Positions 62,288 through 64,000 of a stretch of 64,000 bases of DNA are shown here, piece by piece. The stretch is from Octopus sinensis. Lineage: Eukaryota. Numbering within the stretch: position 1 is the first letter of the stretch; every line of letters starts with the position of its first letter. The notes beneath the pieces are model-generated. The model had not been told where the DNA came from and did no database searches. It saw nothing but the letters and a program-made list of their open reading frames with translations. Where the stretch lies: positions 20,522,001 to 20,586,000 of the forward strand of contig NC_043001.1 in NCBI RefSeq assembly GCF_006345805.1. Direction: 5' to 3'. Made by a program: the position numbers and the translations under genes.

Positions 62288-64000
62288 GTAATTCATTAAT
62301 GTCATTTATTTTTATTTCATTTTTTATTGTAGTAGAGTGGCTAATTGGCTTCTGTGCCGGTGGCACGTAAAAGGCACCATTCGAGCGTGATCGTTACTAG
62401 TGTCGCCTTACTGTCACCTGTGCCGGTGGCATGTGTAAAAAGATTCAAGCGAGGTCGTTGCCAGTACTGCCTGACTGGCCCCCATGCCGGTGGCATGTAA
62501 AAACCACCCACTACACTCTCGGAGTGGTTGGCGTTAGGAAAGGCATCCAGCTGTAGAAACTCTGCCGAATCAAGATTGGAGCCTGGTGCAGCCATCTGGT
62601 TTGCCAGCCCTCAGTCAAAATCGTCCAACCCATGCTAGCATGGAAAGCAGATGTTAAACGATGATGATGATGATGATGATGATGATGAATGTGTGGCAGG
62701 ATGATAAAGAAGCTTGCTTCCTAGCCCAGTGGTCTTTGGGTTCGGTCCTACCAATGCATCCAAGAGAAAGGCAAAGGCTGATACAGCTTGGCACCAATAA
62801 CATTGCAACTCACATCTACACCTGTTTACCAGTAGAGGCTGCTCAGTGACCATGGTGAAGGTGGACAAGGAGAACTAAGAGTACAACAGTTGCTGTTCCT
62901 CTGCACTTATTGTTTGTCATGTTCTTAGTTGAAGAAGTTTGAGAAAGTGAAAGTAAGTCCAGAGTTATCTAACCAGAAAGGTTAGTGAACTGGAGCAACA
63001 TGAAATAAAGTGTCTTGCACAGGAACACATCACATTGCCCAATCCAGAAACCAAACTCACTACTTCATGATTGTGAGCTCAATGCTCTTACCACTGAGCC
63101 ATGTGCCTTCACCCCTGCATGGTAGCATTCCACATGTTGAAACCAGTAAAGAAATACATCTAGTTGCTAACACCATCATCATCAACATCGTTTAACGTCC
63201 GCTTTCCATGCTAGCATGGGTTGGATGATTTGACTGAGGTCTGGCGAACCAGGCTCCAATCTGATCTGGCAGAGTTTCTACAGCTGGATGCCCTTCCTAA
63301 CGCCAACCACTCAGAGAGTGTAGTGGGTGCTTTTTACATGCCACTGGCACGGGAGCCAATCAAGGTGGGGGGATGGCATCACTCGCATTCGGATGGTGCT
63401 TTTTACGTGACACTGGCATGAGAAGCCAGTTAGGTGGCTCTGGCAACAACCCACATACAAATGGTGCTGGAATGCCCTTCCTAACACCAACCACTCCGAG
63501 AGTGTAGTGGGTGCTTTTACGTGCCACCGGCACGAGAGCCTGTTAGGTGGTACTGGCAATGGCCACAATCAAATGGTGCTTTTTATGTGCCACCTGCACA
63601 GGAGCCAGTCCAGTGGCACTGGCAACGACCTCGCGAAATCAAATGAGTTACAATTAAATGAGAAAATAATATATTAAATAAATTCAATTCCATCAATAGT
63701 AGCAGATGATTGAATCAGTAGAGCATTAAACAAAATTTTTTCTTCCTGTGAAATTAGCATGATATTCTAAACTCTATGAACATTAATTATAAAATAATAA
63801 TTAGAATAAACCATTGTATTCACTGATGTAATCTGCGATCCAAGCCACTCTTAACTTTATTTCTTACAATTTTGAAGATTAATGTTTGGAATCATTTTCA
63901 ATTTTGAAAACTAATGTTTGGAATCATTTTCTGTTAAGGTTTATTTTTTTACTTAAAGTTAAAGTGGTTTTGCTGTTTTTAAAAATTAATTAAATGGGTT

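Overview
Eukaryotic, AT-rich, repeat-saturated genomic DNA. The repeat landscape ((TA)n tracts, several tRNA-derived SINE families, RTE LINE 3' ends with (ATG)n tails, CR1-type LINE ends with (ATT)n tails) looks like an Octopus genome; this is an inference from repeat sequence style, not a database hit. One protein-coding gene is well supported: a + strand IKKalpha/beta-type I-kappa-B kinase. Nine phase-consistent coding exons can be assembled by hand (26169-26190, 44151-44242, 45270-45479, 48617-48769, 51057-51146, 51808-51932, 55412-55519, 57530-57665, 62096-62287; 1128 nt = 376 codons, kinase domain plus ubiquitin-like domain), and the gene continues past the window end. The 22-nt ATG exon is the least certain. 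The rest is mostly degenerate RTE and CR1 LINEs, SINEs, DD37D/maT and pogo/piggyBac-type DNA transposon relics, Helentron-like elements, microsatellites and two tRNA pseudogenes. The most unusual signal is a set of minimal type-I hammerhead-ribozyme motifs with palindromic stem III (dimer-type, as known from Penelope-like retroelement ends). There are five near-complete motifs and several half motifs. One has a base-pair-swapped catalytic core (G3-C8, GUGAACA instead of CUGANGA). Several sit in long fold-back palindromes next to (TA)n tracts inside IKK introns. Other notable items are a 34-bp minisatellite born inside a LINE ORF, a LINE/SINE 3' stem-loop with a compensatory base-pair change, a PHD finger inside an RTE ORF, and weak evidence for a spliced minus-strand transcript head-to-head with IKK. 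Coordinates were counted by hand; repeat boundaries are approximate (about +/-20 bp).
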